A model generated the notes under the pieces. It was not told where the DNA came from. It did no database searches and saw only the letters and a program-made list of their open reading frames with translations. Positions 14,959 through 24,550 of a stretch of DNA of 32,000 bases are shown in pieces. Both the position numbers and the translations under genes were made by a program. How positions within the stretch are numbered: position 1 is the first letter of the stretch; every line of letters begins with the position of its first letter. The DNA is from Nitrosopumilus maritimus SCM1 (lineage in GTDB: Archaea; Thermoproteota; Nitrososphaeria; Nitrososphaerales; Nitrosopumilaceae): contig NC_010085.1 in NCBI RefSeq assembly GCF_000018465.1, forward strand, positions 780,001 to 812,000, read 5' to 3'.

Positions 14959-16308
14959 GTGGACACCTTTGGAAAGACTCAAGCAAAAGTAATACCCCTA
15001 GATTTATCTGAAAACCAGTTTCAAATTTACAATAAAATTTCAAGAAATTATTCACATTCATTTCTATTTGAATCACTTACCGGTCCCGAAGTTTTAGCTG
15101 AAACATCAGTGATGGGTTTTGACCCAAAAGTAATTCTCAAGGGATATTCAGACAAGGTAGAGATAATTCAAGAAGGCAAAACAAAGACCATACAAACTAG
15201 CGACCCATTTTCAGAATTAAAAAAACTACTTGGAAAATCAGATGATCAAAGTTACAGATATCTCGGAGGGGCAGTAGGAGTTGTAAATTATGATGCAATT
15301 AGAATGGTAGAAGACATTCCAGATACTCATAATTCACCTCAACCATTAATGGAATTTGGAATTTATGATGATGGGTTGTTATATGACAATGTACACAAAA
15401 AATTATTTTATTTCTATCATGATGAAAACAGATTTGAAAAATTAGTTATGAGTGATGATGAGTTTGAAGAATTTCATTCAAGTGAGGTCACACCAAACAT
15501 GGACAAGACAAAATTTTCAGAAATCGTAAACAAAGCAAAAGAGTACATTCATGATGGGGACATATTCCAAGTAGTGCTATCACGCAAGTTTGCATTTGAC
15601 ACATCTGGAGATAATCTTACATTATACAAAACACTAAGAAAATTAAATCCATCACCATACATGTATCATCTAAAACAAGAAAATAAAACAATAATTGGTG
15701 CATCTCCAGAAATGTTAGTTAGAATTACAGATGATAAAGTAGAAACATTCCCCATTGCAGGAACTAGAAAAATTACAGATGATGAAGAGAAAAATAAGCA
15801 ACTAGCTGAAGAGTTAATCCATGATGAAAAAGAGTTAGCAGAACACACAATGCTTGTAGATTTGGGAAGAAATGATATTGGACGAGTTTGCAAATATGGA
15901 ACAGTTCATCCAGAATCATTAATGGAGATAAAGAGATTCAGTCATGTCCAACATATTGTCAGCCATGTTGTAGGCAATTTGGCGCCTGAAAATGACATGT
16001 TTGATGCATTTCAGGCAGTATTTCCAGCAGGAACAGTATCAGGGGCACCCAAGGTAAGAGCCATGGAGATTATAGATGAGTTAGAGACTGAGTCCAGAGG
16101 CCCATATGCAGGTGCAGTCGGATATTTTTCATACAATGGATGTTGTGATTTTGCTATTGCAATTAGAAGCATATTCATCGAAGACGGAAAGGGATTTGTC
16201 CAATCAGGTGCAGGAATTGTTTCTGATTCAATCCCAGAAAATGAATTCAAAGAGACAGAGCACAAAGCAGGTGCAATGCTGCAAGCATTAAAGGAGGCAT
16301 CATCATGA
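14959..16308 (+). CDS. trpE: anthranilate synthase component I (GTG start)
   Basis: 449 aa; DGDIFQVVLSRKF, PSPYMYHL, IGASPEMLVR, PIAGTRK, AGTVSGAPKVRAMEII, ESRGPYAGAVGY. Confidence 0.95.
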   Translation: MDTFGKTQAKVIPLDLSENQFQIYNKISRNYSHSFLFESLTGPEVLAETSVMGFDPKVILKGYSDKVEIIQEGKTKTIQTSDPFSELKKLLGKSDDQSYRYLGGAVGVVNYDAIRMVEDIPDTHNSPQPLMEFGIYDDGLLYDNVHKKLFYFYHDENRFEKLVMSDDEFEEFHSSEVTPNMDKTKFSEIVNKAKEYIHDGDIFQVVLSRKFAFDTSGDNLTLYKTLRKLNPSPYMYHLKQENKTIIGASPEMLVRITDDKVETFPIAGTRKITDDEEKNKQLAEELIHDEKELAEHTMLVDLGRNDIGRVCKYGTVHPESLMEIKRFSHVQHIVSHVVGNLAPENDMFDAFQAVFPAGTVSGAPKVRAMEIIDELETESRGPYAGAVGYFSYNGCCDFAIAIRSIFIEDGKGFVQSGAGIVSDSIPENEFKETEHKAGAMLQALKEASS

Positions 16309-16901
16309 AATTTTTGATCATAGACAATTATGATTCGTTTGTGTACAACATTGCACAGTATCTAGGAGAATTAGGAGTGGATTGTGATGTGATTAGAAAT
16401 GACAAGATTACCCTAAATGAAATTCAAGAAAAGAAATATGATGCAATAATTATTTCTCCAGGTCCAGGAACACCAGAAGACAAAAAATACTTTGGAGTAT
16501 GCAGTGAAGTAATCAAAGACATGGGTTCAAGCACACCAATACTAGGAGTCTGTCTTGGACATCAAGGAATCATTGATGCATTTGGGGGAAAGGTAACTAA
16601 TGCAGGATGTGTAAGACATGGAAAAACAAGTCCTGTTAATCATGAGGATTCAAAATTATTCAAAGATGTTAAAAATCCATTTAGAGCAACACGTTATCAT
16701 AGTCTAGTAGGAGATAAGACCATAATTCCAGAAGTTCTAAAAGTTACCGCAACTGCATCAGATGACGGAGAAGTTATGGCAATAGAGCACAAAGACTATC
16801 TAATTCAAGGAGTTCAATTTCATCCAGAATCAATCATGACAGAAGATGGTAAAAAAATCCTATCCAACTTTATCCAACAAGTAAAGGAGAAACAGAAATG
16901 A
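16305..16901 (+). CDS. trpG: anthranilate synthase component II (glutamine amidotransferase)
   Basis: 198 aa; IISPGPGTP, GVCLGHQ, GVQFHPESIMT; ATGA overlap with trpE. Confidence 0.95.
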   Translation: MKFLIIDNYDSFVYNIAQYLGELGVDCDVIRNDKITLNEIQEKKYDAIIISPGPGTPEDKKYFGVCSEVIKDMGSSTPILGVCLGHQGIIDAFGGKVTNAGCVRHGKTSPVNHEDSKLFKDVKNPFRATRYHSLVGDKTIIPEVLKVTATASDDGEVMAIEHKDYLIQGVQFHPESIMTEDGKKILSNFIQQVKEKQK

Positions 16902-17944
16902 TTTCAGACTTAATTTCAAAATTACAAGAAAAAACAGACCTCACATATGATGAGATGAATCAAGTAATGACAGATGTCCTTTCTGGCAAGACAACTGATT
17001 CAGAAAATGCAGATTTTCTATCAAATCTTACAGACAAGGGCGAAACAGATGATGAATTATTAGGCATGCTTGACAAAATGCAGGAATTTTCATTGAAAAT
17101 TGAGCCTAAAAACACTGGAACCATTATTGACATGTGTGGAACAGGAGGAGACAAGCTACAGACATTCAATATTTCCACTACAGCATCATTTGTTGTGGCT
17201 GCTGCAGGAGGAGTTGTAGCAAAACATGGTAATCGTTCAAGTTCAGGAATTTCAGGCAGTGCAGATATTTTTGAGTATTTTGGATATGACTTGAATTTAG
17301 AACCACCTAAAATTGCAGAAATTCTAGAAAAACACAACATCTGTTTTATGTTTGCACAAAAATTTCACCCAGCAATGAAGCATGTGTCTGTAGCAAGAAA
17401 GCAGTTAGGAAAGAGAACTGCGTTTAATTTACTTGGTCCATTATCCAATCCGGCAAAAGTAAAAAACCAACTTGTAGGAGTTTTCTCAATAGAGTATCTA
17501 GATAGATTACCATTAATCCTAAAGAGAAAAGGTGCACAAAATATCATGACTGTTCGTTCAGATGATGGAATGGATGAGTTCTCTACTAGTTCAACTAACA
17601 GAGTGTGTGTTTTGAGAGATGATAAAGTTTTGATGAATGCAATTGATCCAGAAGTAGTGGGATTACACAAATCATCATTAACAGATATTCAAATTCAAAC
17701 TAAAGAAGACGCAATAGAATCATTTGTTGGAGTTTTGAACAATACTGCAAATCAAGCAATGATTGAGACAACTGCACTTAATGCAGCAGGAGGGTTAATT
17801 GTTGCAAATATCTCAAATAACTTTGAAGAAGCAGTTGAATTAGCGTTAAACACAATTAAAGATGGCAAAGCATTCTCATTATTAGAGAAATTTGTACAAG
17901 ATACAGGAGACATTTCAAAATTAAAGGAGATTGCTGATGGCTGA
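16898..17944 (+). CDS. trpD: anthranilate phosphoribosyltransferase
   Basis: 348 aa; MCGTGGDKLQTFNISTTASFVVAAAGG, HGNRSSS, FNLLGPLSNP; ATGA overlap with trpG. Confidence 0.95.
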   Translation: MISDLISKLQEKTDLTYDEMNQVMTDVLSGKTTDSENADFLSNLTDKGETDDELLGMLDKMQEFSLKIEPKNTGTIIDMCGTGGDKLQTFNISTTASFVVAAAGGVVAKHGNRSSSGISGSADIFEYFGYDLNLEPPKIAEILEKHNICFMFAQKFHPAMKHVSVARKQLGKRTAFNLLGPLSNPAKVKNQLVGVFSIEYLDRLPLILKRKGAQNIMTVRSDDGMDEFSTSSTNRVCVLRDDKVLMNAIDPEVVGLHKSSLTDIQIQTKEDAIESFVGVLNNTANQAMIETTALNAAGGLIVANISNNFEEAVELALNTIKDGKAFSLLEKFVQDTGDISKLKEIADG

Positions 17945-18713
17945 AAATATTCTAAGAAAACTAGTAAACAATTCACAGATGGCAATTAATGATGGAGTAT
18001 ACGAAGTTGAAGGTAATTTAGAAAAATCAAACAAGGACTTTATTCAAATTATCAAGACTAGCGGACATGCGCCATTACTCACAGAAGTGAAATTTTCATC
18101 ACCATCGTTAGGCAAGATTCGCACGATTACAGACCCTGTAAGCATAGCATCTCAAATGATAGCAGGAGGCTCAAAGGCACTATCCGTATTAACACAACCA
18201 CATCTATTCAACGGTTCACCAGAGTATTTCATGAAAGTAAGACAGGCAGTTGATGTTCCAATGTTAATGAAAGATATCATGATTGACAAAGTTCAGATTG
18301 ATGCTGCAAAAAATATTGGAGCAGACTTTATGTTAGTAATTCAGTCATTATTTGATCAAAATTTTCTAAAAGAGATTGATGAGTTTATTGCATATGGACA
18401 CAAACAAGGACTTCAGATTCTACTAGAAGTACATACAAAACAAGAATTTGAAAATGCATTAAAGACAGAAGCTGATTTGATTGGAATTAACAATAGAAAT
18501 CTAGACACATTAGAAATTGATCTAAAAACCACTGAGACAATATTATCAGGAATTGACAAATCAAGACCAATACTATCTGAAAGTGGCATAGACACACCTG
18601 AAGACATTCAATATCTAAAAAAGTGTGGAGCAGATGCATTTCTGATAGGATCAAGTATAATGAAAAGTGACAACATTGAAGAACAAGTAAAGAAATTGGT
18701 GAATGCGTATTGA
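17937..18713 (+). CDS. trpC: indole-3-glycerol phosphate synthase
   Basis: [44 protein letters not shown]. The track start at 17931 is TTG; ATG at 17937 is likelier. Confidence 0.92.
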   Translation: MAENILRKLVNNSQMAINDGVYEVEGNLEKSNKDFIQIIKTSGHAPLLTEVKFSSPSLGKIRTITDPVSIASQMIAGGSKALSVLTQPHLFNGSPEYFMKVRQAVDVPMLMKDIMIDKVQIDAAKNIGADFMLVIQSLFDQNFLKEIDEFIAYGHKQGLQILLEVHTKQEFENALKTEADLIGINNRNLDTLEIDLKTTETILSGIDKSRPILSESGIDTPEDIQYLKKCGADAFLIGSSIMKSDNIEEQVKKLVNAY

Positions 18714-19897
18714 AGTATCCTAAAAATGGCAGATTTGGAGAATTTGGTGGAAAGTACATTCCAGAAACCCTAGTTCCTGCAATAGAAGAATTGGAAGAAA
18801 ACTATCTTAAATTTAAAAATGACAAAAATTTCAAAAAAGAACTAGATTATTATCTCAAGGTTTACGCAGGTCGTCCAACCCCACTATATTATGCAAAAAA
18901 CTTATCAGAGAAACTAGGTGGTGCAAAAATTTATCTCAAAAGAGAAGACTTGTTGCATGGAGGAGCTCACAAGATAAACAATACACTTGGACAAGCACTA
19001 CTTGCAAAAAAGATGAAAAAGAAAAGAATCATTGCTGAAACTGGTGCAGGTCAGCATGGAGTTGCAACTGCCATGGCATGTGCAACATTAGGAATGAAAG
19101 CCGAAGTATACATGGGCTACAAAGACACTATCAGGCAGAAACTAAACGTATTTCGAATGAATTTACTGGGCTCAAAAGTTCACCCAGTAAAATCAGGTTC
19201 TAAAACACTCAAGGATGCAATCAATGAAGCAATCAGAGATTGGATTACAAATGTAGAGACTACTTACTATCTACTTGGTTCAGCAGTAGGACCCCACCCA
19301 TACCCTGTAATGGTCAGAGACTTTCAAAGTGTTATTGGAAATGAAATAAAATCACAGATGAAAAAACTAAACAAAACACCTGACAGTGTAATTGCATGTG
19401 TAGGTGGAGGTTCCAATGCAATCGGCACATTTTATCCACTAGTGGATTCTAATGCAGAGATTATTGGAGTAGAAGCTGCAGGTCATGGATTAAAATCAAA
19501 AAAACATTCAGCAACATTATCAGCTGGAAGTAAAGGAGTTCTTCATGGCATGATGACATATCTGCTTCAAGATAAAGAAGGACAAATTACAGAGACACAT
19601 AGCATCTCAGCTGGACTTGATTACCCAGGTGTTGGACCAGAGCACTCTTACTTTAAAGACACTAAACGAGTAAAATATCATGCAGCAACAGATACAGAAG
19701 TAATTGACGCATTTCTCATGTTAACTAGAACAGAAGGAATCATTCCAGCTTTAGAATCAGCTCATGCAATTGCAGAAGCAATCAAAGTTGCAAGAAAGAG
19801 TAAAAAATCTGAATCAATTGTAGTAACACTTTCTGGAAGAGGAGACAAAGACGTAGAAGAAGTTCAAAATTATCTGAGTAAAAATGTCAAAGATTAA
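18710..19897 (+). CDS. trpB: tryptophan synthase beta chain (TTG start)
   Basis: 395 aa; [46 protein letters not shown]. Confidence 0.95.
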   Translation: MKYPKNGRFGEFGGKYIPETLVPAIEELEENYLKFKNDKNFKKELDYYLKVYAGRPTPLYYAKNLSEKLGGAKIYLKREDLLHGGAHKINNTLGQALLAKKMKKKRIIAETGAGQHGVATAMACATLGMKAEVYMGYKDTIRQKLNVFRMNLLGSKVHPVKSGSKTLKDAINEAIRDWITNVETTYYLLGSAVGPHPYPVMVRDFQSVIGNEIKSQMKKLNKTPDSVIACVGGGSNAIGTFYPLVDSNAEIIGVEAAGHGLKSKKHSATLSAGSKGVLHGMMTYLLQDKEGQITETHSISAGLDYPGVGPEHSYFKDTKRVKYHAATDTEVIDAFLMLTRTEGIIPALESAHAIAEAIKVARKSKKSESIVVTLSGRGDKDVEEVQNYLSKNVKD

Positions 19898-20690
19898 AGA
19901 AAAGTTTGCAGAATTGCAAACAAGAAAAGAAAAGGCCCTAATTTCATATATTATGGCAGGTTTTCCAAATGAAAAATCAACAATGTCAGTTGTTAGAGGA
20001 TTAGTAAAGGGAGGAGTAGATATTATCGAGTTGGGATTTCCATTCTCTGATCCTCTTGCAGATGGGCCAGTTATTCAAAATGCAAGCACGATATCCCTTG
20101 AGAAAGGCACAAAAATAGACAAATTTTTTGCGCTAGTAAAAAAAATCAGAAAGGAGACAGATATTCCTCTAGTACTCATGACATACACCAATATCCTATA
20201 CCACAAAGGATATTCAAAATTCATAGCAGAGGCAAAAAAATCAGGAATTGATGGATTTATTCTACCAGATATGTCCATAGAAGAATCAAAAGATTATCTT
20301 AAAGCTGCAAGAAAAAATGCAGACACAATATTTCTAATATCCCCCAATACCAATAAAACAAGAATTCAAAAGATTGCCAAAGCATCTTCAGGATTTTTGT
20401 ACCTTGTTGCAGTTTATGGAACTACAGGAGTAAAAACAGGAATTAAAAATTACACTATAGATGCTATCAAAAATGTCAAAAAGCAAACAAAAGGAAAAAT
20501 TCCAGTTGGTGTAGGGTTTGGAGTTTCAACACCTGATGATGTAAAAAAATACATCAAAGCAGGAGCAGATGGAGTAATTGTAGGTAGTGCTTTTTTGAAA
20601 TTAATTGAGAAAACTCCTCAAAACAAACTAGAGTCAAAAATAGCATCATTTACAAAATCACTAAAAAAACAGACATTGCAGAAAAAATAA
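19884..20690 (+). CDS. trpA: tryptophan synthase alpha chain
   Basis: 268 aa; [62 protein letters not shown]. Confidence 0.95.
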   Translation: MSKIKEKFAELQTRKEKALISYIMAGFPNEKSTMSVVRGLVKGGVDIIELGFPFSDPLADGPVIQNASTISLEKGTKIDKFFALVKKIRKETDIPLVLMTYTNILYHKGYSKFIAEAKKSGIDGFILPDMSIEESKDYLKAARKNADTIFLISPNTNKTRIQKIAKASSGFLYLVAVYGTTGVKTGIKNYTIDAIKNVKKQTKGKIPVGVGFGVSTPDDVKKYIKAGADGVIVGSAFLKLIEKTPQNKLESKIASFTKSLKKQTLQKK

Positions 20691-20694
20691 GAAC

Positions 20695-20772
20695 CGTCTA
20701 AGTAAGGTGGCCAGGTTTACAAACCGACATAGAGGGGAAACTCAATTTCAGTTATGACCACCCAACTAGATG
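20695..20772. ncRNA. candidate structured RNA / trp-operon 3' element
   Basis: CGTCTA (20695-20700)/TAGATG (20767-20772); GGTGGcCA (20706-20713)/TGaCCACC (20755-20762); GGTT-TACA-AACC (20714-20725); GAG-loop-CTC (20732-20743). About 45% GC in an AT-rich gap. Confidence 0.4.
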
Positions 20773-20882
20773 TTCTCAGAGTATTATAGTAAAAGAAAAA
20801 TAAAAAATCCACGTTCTAAAAAATTTAAAATTGTTCAAAAATTAAGAAATTTTTTTACAATTGTATAATTTTAAGAATAGAG

Positions 20883-20972
20883 TTATTTTTCATCAGATTC
20901 ATCTGGCTCATTTGCCTTGTCTCTTACTTTTTTCATTACGCAAAATTTTGCAAGAGTTTTCTTAAATCCCAT
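20883..20972 (-). CDS. 29-aa possible microprotein (not in ORF track)
   Basis: MGFKKTLAKFCVMKKVRDKANEPDESDEK. Confidence 0.3.
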   Translation of the reverse strand: MGFKKTLAKFCVMKKVRDKANEPDESDEK

Positions 20973-21080
20973 AAACAAATTAGAAAAGTCAGTAACTTAA
21001 GGATATTGATAGAATCTGTTCAAAAGATGAATCAAAACTAGTCTAGCCACAAAATAGGCAAAATTTCAGCCTCAAATTTA

Positions 21081-21764
21081 TCAGGAAATACGGTCTAATT
21101 TTCTATCTAACGAATTAACTTGATTTATCAGATTTTTCACTACATCATCAAGTGTATCAGTTTTATTTTTTGGAGGGTCATCAGTAGTATCTGACCAATC
21201 AAGCATGGCATTAAAGATAGCACGGACTTGTAGTGAATCATCATACAACTCATCTATACTGATTTGTTTTTTCTTCTCTTCATCTTTAGGATAAATTATC
21301 AAATGACCGTCTTTTGAAATTAAATATTGATTATATGCAAGTGCATCAGCAAAATCAGCTAAAAACAAACCACGTATTGCATTTTTTAATTTTGGATTGT
21401 ATTGCATTTTGTTACAGACTTTTTTAAGAATTTGACTCAGAGTTGTATCTTCATCAAATCCTCCTTTAAGTTTTGTAGAATCTAAAATGATTTTCAAAAA
21501 CTTTTCAAATACGGCAAGATGAGAGTTGACAAATGACATCATAGAGTAGACTGCAAAAATAATCACATCCTCACGTTTTGTATCAAAGTCATCTAATTTT
21601 CTAATCACCTCTGAAAAAGAACTGGAGAATCCCTTTTGAAATCCAATAAAGTTCAAAAAGAATTTTTCATCATGATATTTTGGATTAAAATGATACAATC
21701 CATTTTTTTCAATATCATTTAAGATAACTAGTGTGGCCCTATAGTTTGGATTAGTATTTTCCAC
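21081..21764 (-). CDS. hypothetical helical protein
   Basis: 227 aa; no confident family. Confidence 0.7.
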   Translation of the reverse strand: MENTNPNYRATLVILNDIEKNGLYHFNPKYHDEKFFLNFIGFQKGFSSSFSEVIRKLDDFDTKREDVIIFAVYSMMSFVNSHLAVFEKFLKIILDSTKLKGGFDEDTTLSQILKKVCNKMQYNPKLKNAIRGLFLADFADALAYNQYLISKDGHLIIYPKDEEKKKQISIDELYDDSLQVRAIFNAMLDWSDTTDDPPKNKTDTLDDVVKNLINQVNSLDRKLDRIS

Positions 21765-21800
21765 ATAGTTTCTGAAGTTTGTGTAAACTTAAGTTTTAAT

Positions 21801-21965
21801 TTACATCAAGCGTTCATTTTTTAGTTTTTGTTTATTTCGATAAATAATCAAATGGTAATTGATAATTTGTTTTAGTTTTTCTTCCACAGTTAATTGATCA
21901 GCAGTTGCAATACTTAGAAATCCCAGATAATCAGTGTCATTTAGTTTAAGACGAATCTCTCTCAC
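21801..21965 (-). CDS. 54-aa hypothetical protein, GTG start (not in ORF track)
   Basis: VREIRLKLNDTDYLGFLSIATADQLTVEEKLKQIINYHLIIYRNKQKLKNERLM. Confidence 0.45.
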   Translation of the reverse strand: MREIRLKLNDTDYLGFLSIATADQLTVEEKLKQIINYHLIIYRNKQKLKNERLM

Positions 21966-22018
21966 CAGATATGTTAGTAAAATTGAGCCTAAAAGAGAGG
22001 GTTATTGTAAAAATAGGC

Positions 22019-22894
22019 TCATCTTAGAGCAATCAAACTAGTCTTTTTTGAAAAGATGATGACTGAGATTATAGAGATTGTGAGAACCAACAAGGCAATT
22101 CCTCCAAATTCAGGAATTACTTTAGAACCCATTATCTTGACTTCTCTTGAAGTATTATCAAGTGGGATGACTAGTTGAGTTGCAGTATTACCACTAATTG
22201 TAGAATCAGATTCAAACTCTACCATATTTCCATCAACCCAAACAGATGTAGGATTGTCAATTAGTTCCTTTGGCAGAGTTATGGTAAGATGTTCATTGTT
22301 ACTCTCCCCTGTTAAAGTAAATGTCAAAGTTTTCTCATCAGGATTAACGTGTACTGCAGGAGCCAAATGTGCATCTAGGAAATATTTTACTTCAAATCCT
22401 AACCCATCATCAGTATAACCAGATGCTATTCCATCAATGGATTTAACACTGCCAGGATCCAAAACAACATGAACTACACCATTCATCCAAGGATGAAGTG
22501 TGCAATAATAGTAAAAATCACCAAGTTCATCAAACTGATGAGTGAAAGATTTTCCTGCAGTGAAAAATCCACTATCAAATAGTCCATTTTCATCATCAGG
22601 TGTAGGTGTTCGTTCCCCTGTAGGATTGATTGAGGTTATAGTGTGAAATGCAGTATCAGCATTAGACCATGTGATAGTATCTCCTGGAAAAATAGTGATT
22701 ATACCAGATGTCTCACCAGTGTCTTTTTGAGACCAAAAGTAAGGAAAGTTTTCATCAGATGCACCTGAAGGAATTTTAATTTCATAGCTTTCAGCAAAGG
22801 CAAAACCTGAACCGACCATCAATATTGCCATTAGAGGTAAAACTGCAAGTGCATACTTCATAATTATACAACTGTAAAGTAGTATTTCAACCAA
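22019..22894 (-). CDS. plastocyanin/cupredoxin-like exported protein with PEFG-CTERM-like anchor
   Basis: ITIFPGDTITWSNADTAFHTITS...GDFYYYCTLHPWMNGVV (type I Cu motif) and C-terminal IPEFGGIALLVLTISIISVIIFSKK. The real start is probably the internal MKYALAVLPL. Confidence 0.88.
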   Translation of the reverse strand: MVEILLYSCIIMKYALAVLPLMAILMVGSGFAFAESYEIKIPSGASDENFPYFWSQKDTGETSGIITIFPGDTITWSNADTAFHTITSINPTGERTPTPDDENGLFDSGFFTAGKSFTHQFDELGDFYYYCTLHPWMNGVVHVVLDPGSVKSIDGIASGYTDDGLGFEVKYFLDAHLAPAVHVNPDEKTLTFTLTGESNNEHLTITLPKELIDNPTSVWVDGNMVEFESDSTISGNTATQLVIPLDNTSREVKIMGSKVIPEFGGIALLVLTISIISVIIFSKKTSLIALR

Positions 22895-22941
22895 GCCATG
22901 ATCGACAAAACATACAAAAACCAGATACTCGTTTCATTAAT

Positions 22942-24543
22942 GTGCAGACGAAGTTTATTTTTGTCACAGGTGGTGTGATGTCTGGCCTTGGAAAAGGCGT
23001 AACAACTTCCTCAATTGCAAAATTATTACAGTTAGCAGATCAAAAGGTCTCTTGTATCAAGATAGATCCTTATCTTAACTATGACGCAGGAACCATGAAT
23101 CCAGTAGCCCATGGCGAAGTATTCGTCACAGATGACGGAGGGGAATGTGATATGGATATTGGAAATTATGAGAGGTTTCTTAATCAAGACATTCCAAAAA
23201 GCCACAACATTACAACTGCTCAAGTGTACTCTTCAGTAATAGAAGCAGAAAGAAAAGGAGAATACCTAGGAGCATGTGTCCAAATCATTCCACATGTAAC
23301 TGATGAAATAAAGAACCGGATTAGAAATATTGCTGAAAATGAAAAATTAGATTTTCTAATCGTAGAGTGTGGTGGAACAGTTGGAGATATTGAATCGCTT
23401 CCATTTTTAGAAGCATTAAGACAAATGAGAGTAGAAGAAGGACCAGAAGGAGTAATTTTTGTTCATGTAACACTTGCACCATCACTTGATGTGGTAGGAG
23501 AACAAAAGACAAAACCAACACAACATAGTGCACAGGAATTAAGAAGAATTGGTATTCAGCCAGACTTTTTGGCAGTAAGGTGTACCTTACCATTAGAAGA
23601 AAAAACAAAGAAAAAGATTGCAATGTTTACAAATGTAACTGCAAAAGATGTTCTTTCATGCCATGATGCAAAATCAATTTTTGAAGTTCCACAAATGTTG
23701 TATGACCAAGGAATCATGGATGCAATATTTACCAAATTTGGAATAGTTGGGATGGTTAACGCATCAGCTAACTGGGACAAATGGAATACAATTGCACAAA
23801 ATATGGTAAATCACGAAGATCAAAAAGTAAAGATTGCAATGGTTGGAAAATATGTCACATTAGCAGATAGTTATGTTAGCGTAAACCATGCATTAAAACA
23901 CGCAGGAGCGCAAATTGGTAAATCAATAGATATTGATTGGATTGATTCAGAGTCAATTACAGATTATTCTGTATTATCAAAATATGATGGAATATTAGTT
24001 CCAGGAGGATTTGGTACACGTGGTTCAGAAGGAATTATTCAAACTGCAAACTATGCACGTGAAAATAATATACCATATCTAGGAATATGTTTTGGATTTC
24101 AATTAGCAGTAATAGCATTTGGAAGAAATGTTTTGAAATTAGATGATGCAAATTCTACAGAGATTGAGCCAAATACAGCAAATCCAATTGTAGATTTACT
24201 TCCAGAACAAAAAGATGTTTCAGACATGGGAGGATCATTGAGATTAGGAGCAAACGAAGTATTAATCAAAGAAAACACAAATGCTCAAAAAATCTATGGT
24301 ACCACAACAATTAGCAAACGACACAGACACAGATATGAAATTAACAAAGAGTACATTCCAAAATTTGAAGAAAACGGTTTGATATTTTCAGCAGACAGTG
24401 ACAATGGTAAAAGAATGGAGATGTTGGAAATTCCTAGTCATAAATTCTATCTAGGAGTACAGTTCCACCCAGAGTTTAACAGCAGGCCAGGATTCCCAGA
24501 AGAAGCATTTGCAGCATTTATCAAAGCAGCCTCTGAAAAATAA
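22942..24543 (+). CDS. pyrG: CTP synthase
   Basis: 533 aa; TGGVMSGLGKGVTTSSIAKLL, IKIDPYLNYDAG, GICFGFQ, LGVQFHPEF. Confidence 0.97.
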   Translation: MQTKFIFVTGGVMSGLGKGVTTSSIAKLLQLADQKVSCIKIDPYLNYDAGTMNPVAHGEVFVTDDGGECDMDIGNYERFLNQDIPKSHNITTAQVYSSVIEAERKGEYLGACVQIIPHVTDEIKNRIRNIAENEKLDFLIVECGGTVGDIESLPFLEALRQMRVEEGPEGVIFVHVTLAPSLDVVGEQKTKPTQHSAQELRRIGIQPDFLAVRCTLPLEEKTKKKIAMFTNVTAKDVLSCHDAKSIFEVPQMLYDQGIMDAIFTKFGIVGMVNASANWDKWNTIAQNMVNHEDQKVKIAMVGKYVTLADSYVSVNHALKHAGAQIGKSIDIDWIDSESITDYSVLSKYDGILVPGGFGTRGSEGIIQTANYARENNIPYLGICFGFQLAVIAFGRNVLKLDDANSTEIEPNTANPIVDLLPEQKDVSDMGGSLRLGANEVLIKENTNAQKIYGTTTISKRHRHRYEINKEYIPKFEENGLIFSADSDNGKRMEMLEIPSHKFYLGVQFHPEFNSRPGFPEEAFAAFIKAASEK

Positions 24544-24550
24544 TCAAAAA

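Noticed and set aside
15666-15893. Reverse ORFs inside trpE (15666..15893, 16011..16265) and + 16106..16291
   Set aside because: Shadow frames within a well supported trpE.
16960-18759. Reverse ORFs 16960..17340, 17365..17670, 17752..17985, 18413..18607 and 18487..18759
   Set aside because: Antisense to trpD, trpC and trpB; low-complexity Ser/Phe-rich translations typical of shadow frames.
20714-20725. GGTTTACAAACC considered as a tRNA T-arm
   Set aside because: No acceptor, D or anticodon arm fits around it, so the region is not a tRNA.
20940-20951. 12-bp palindrome GCAAAATTTTGC
   Set aside because: A/T-rich palindromes of this length are expected often in this composition, and it has no promoter context.
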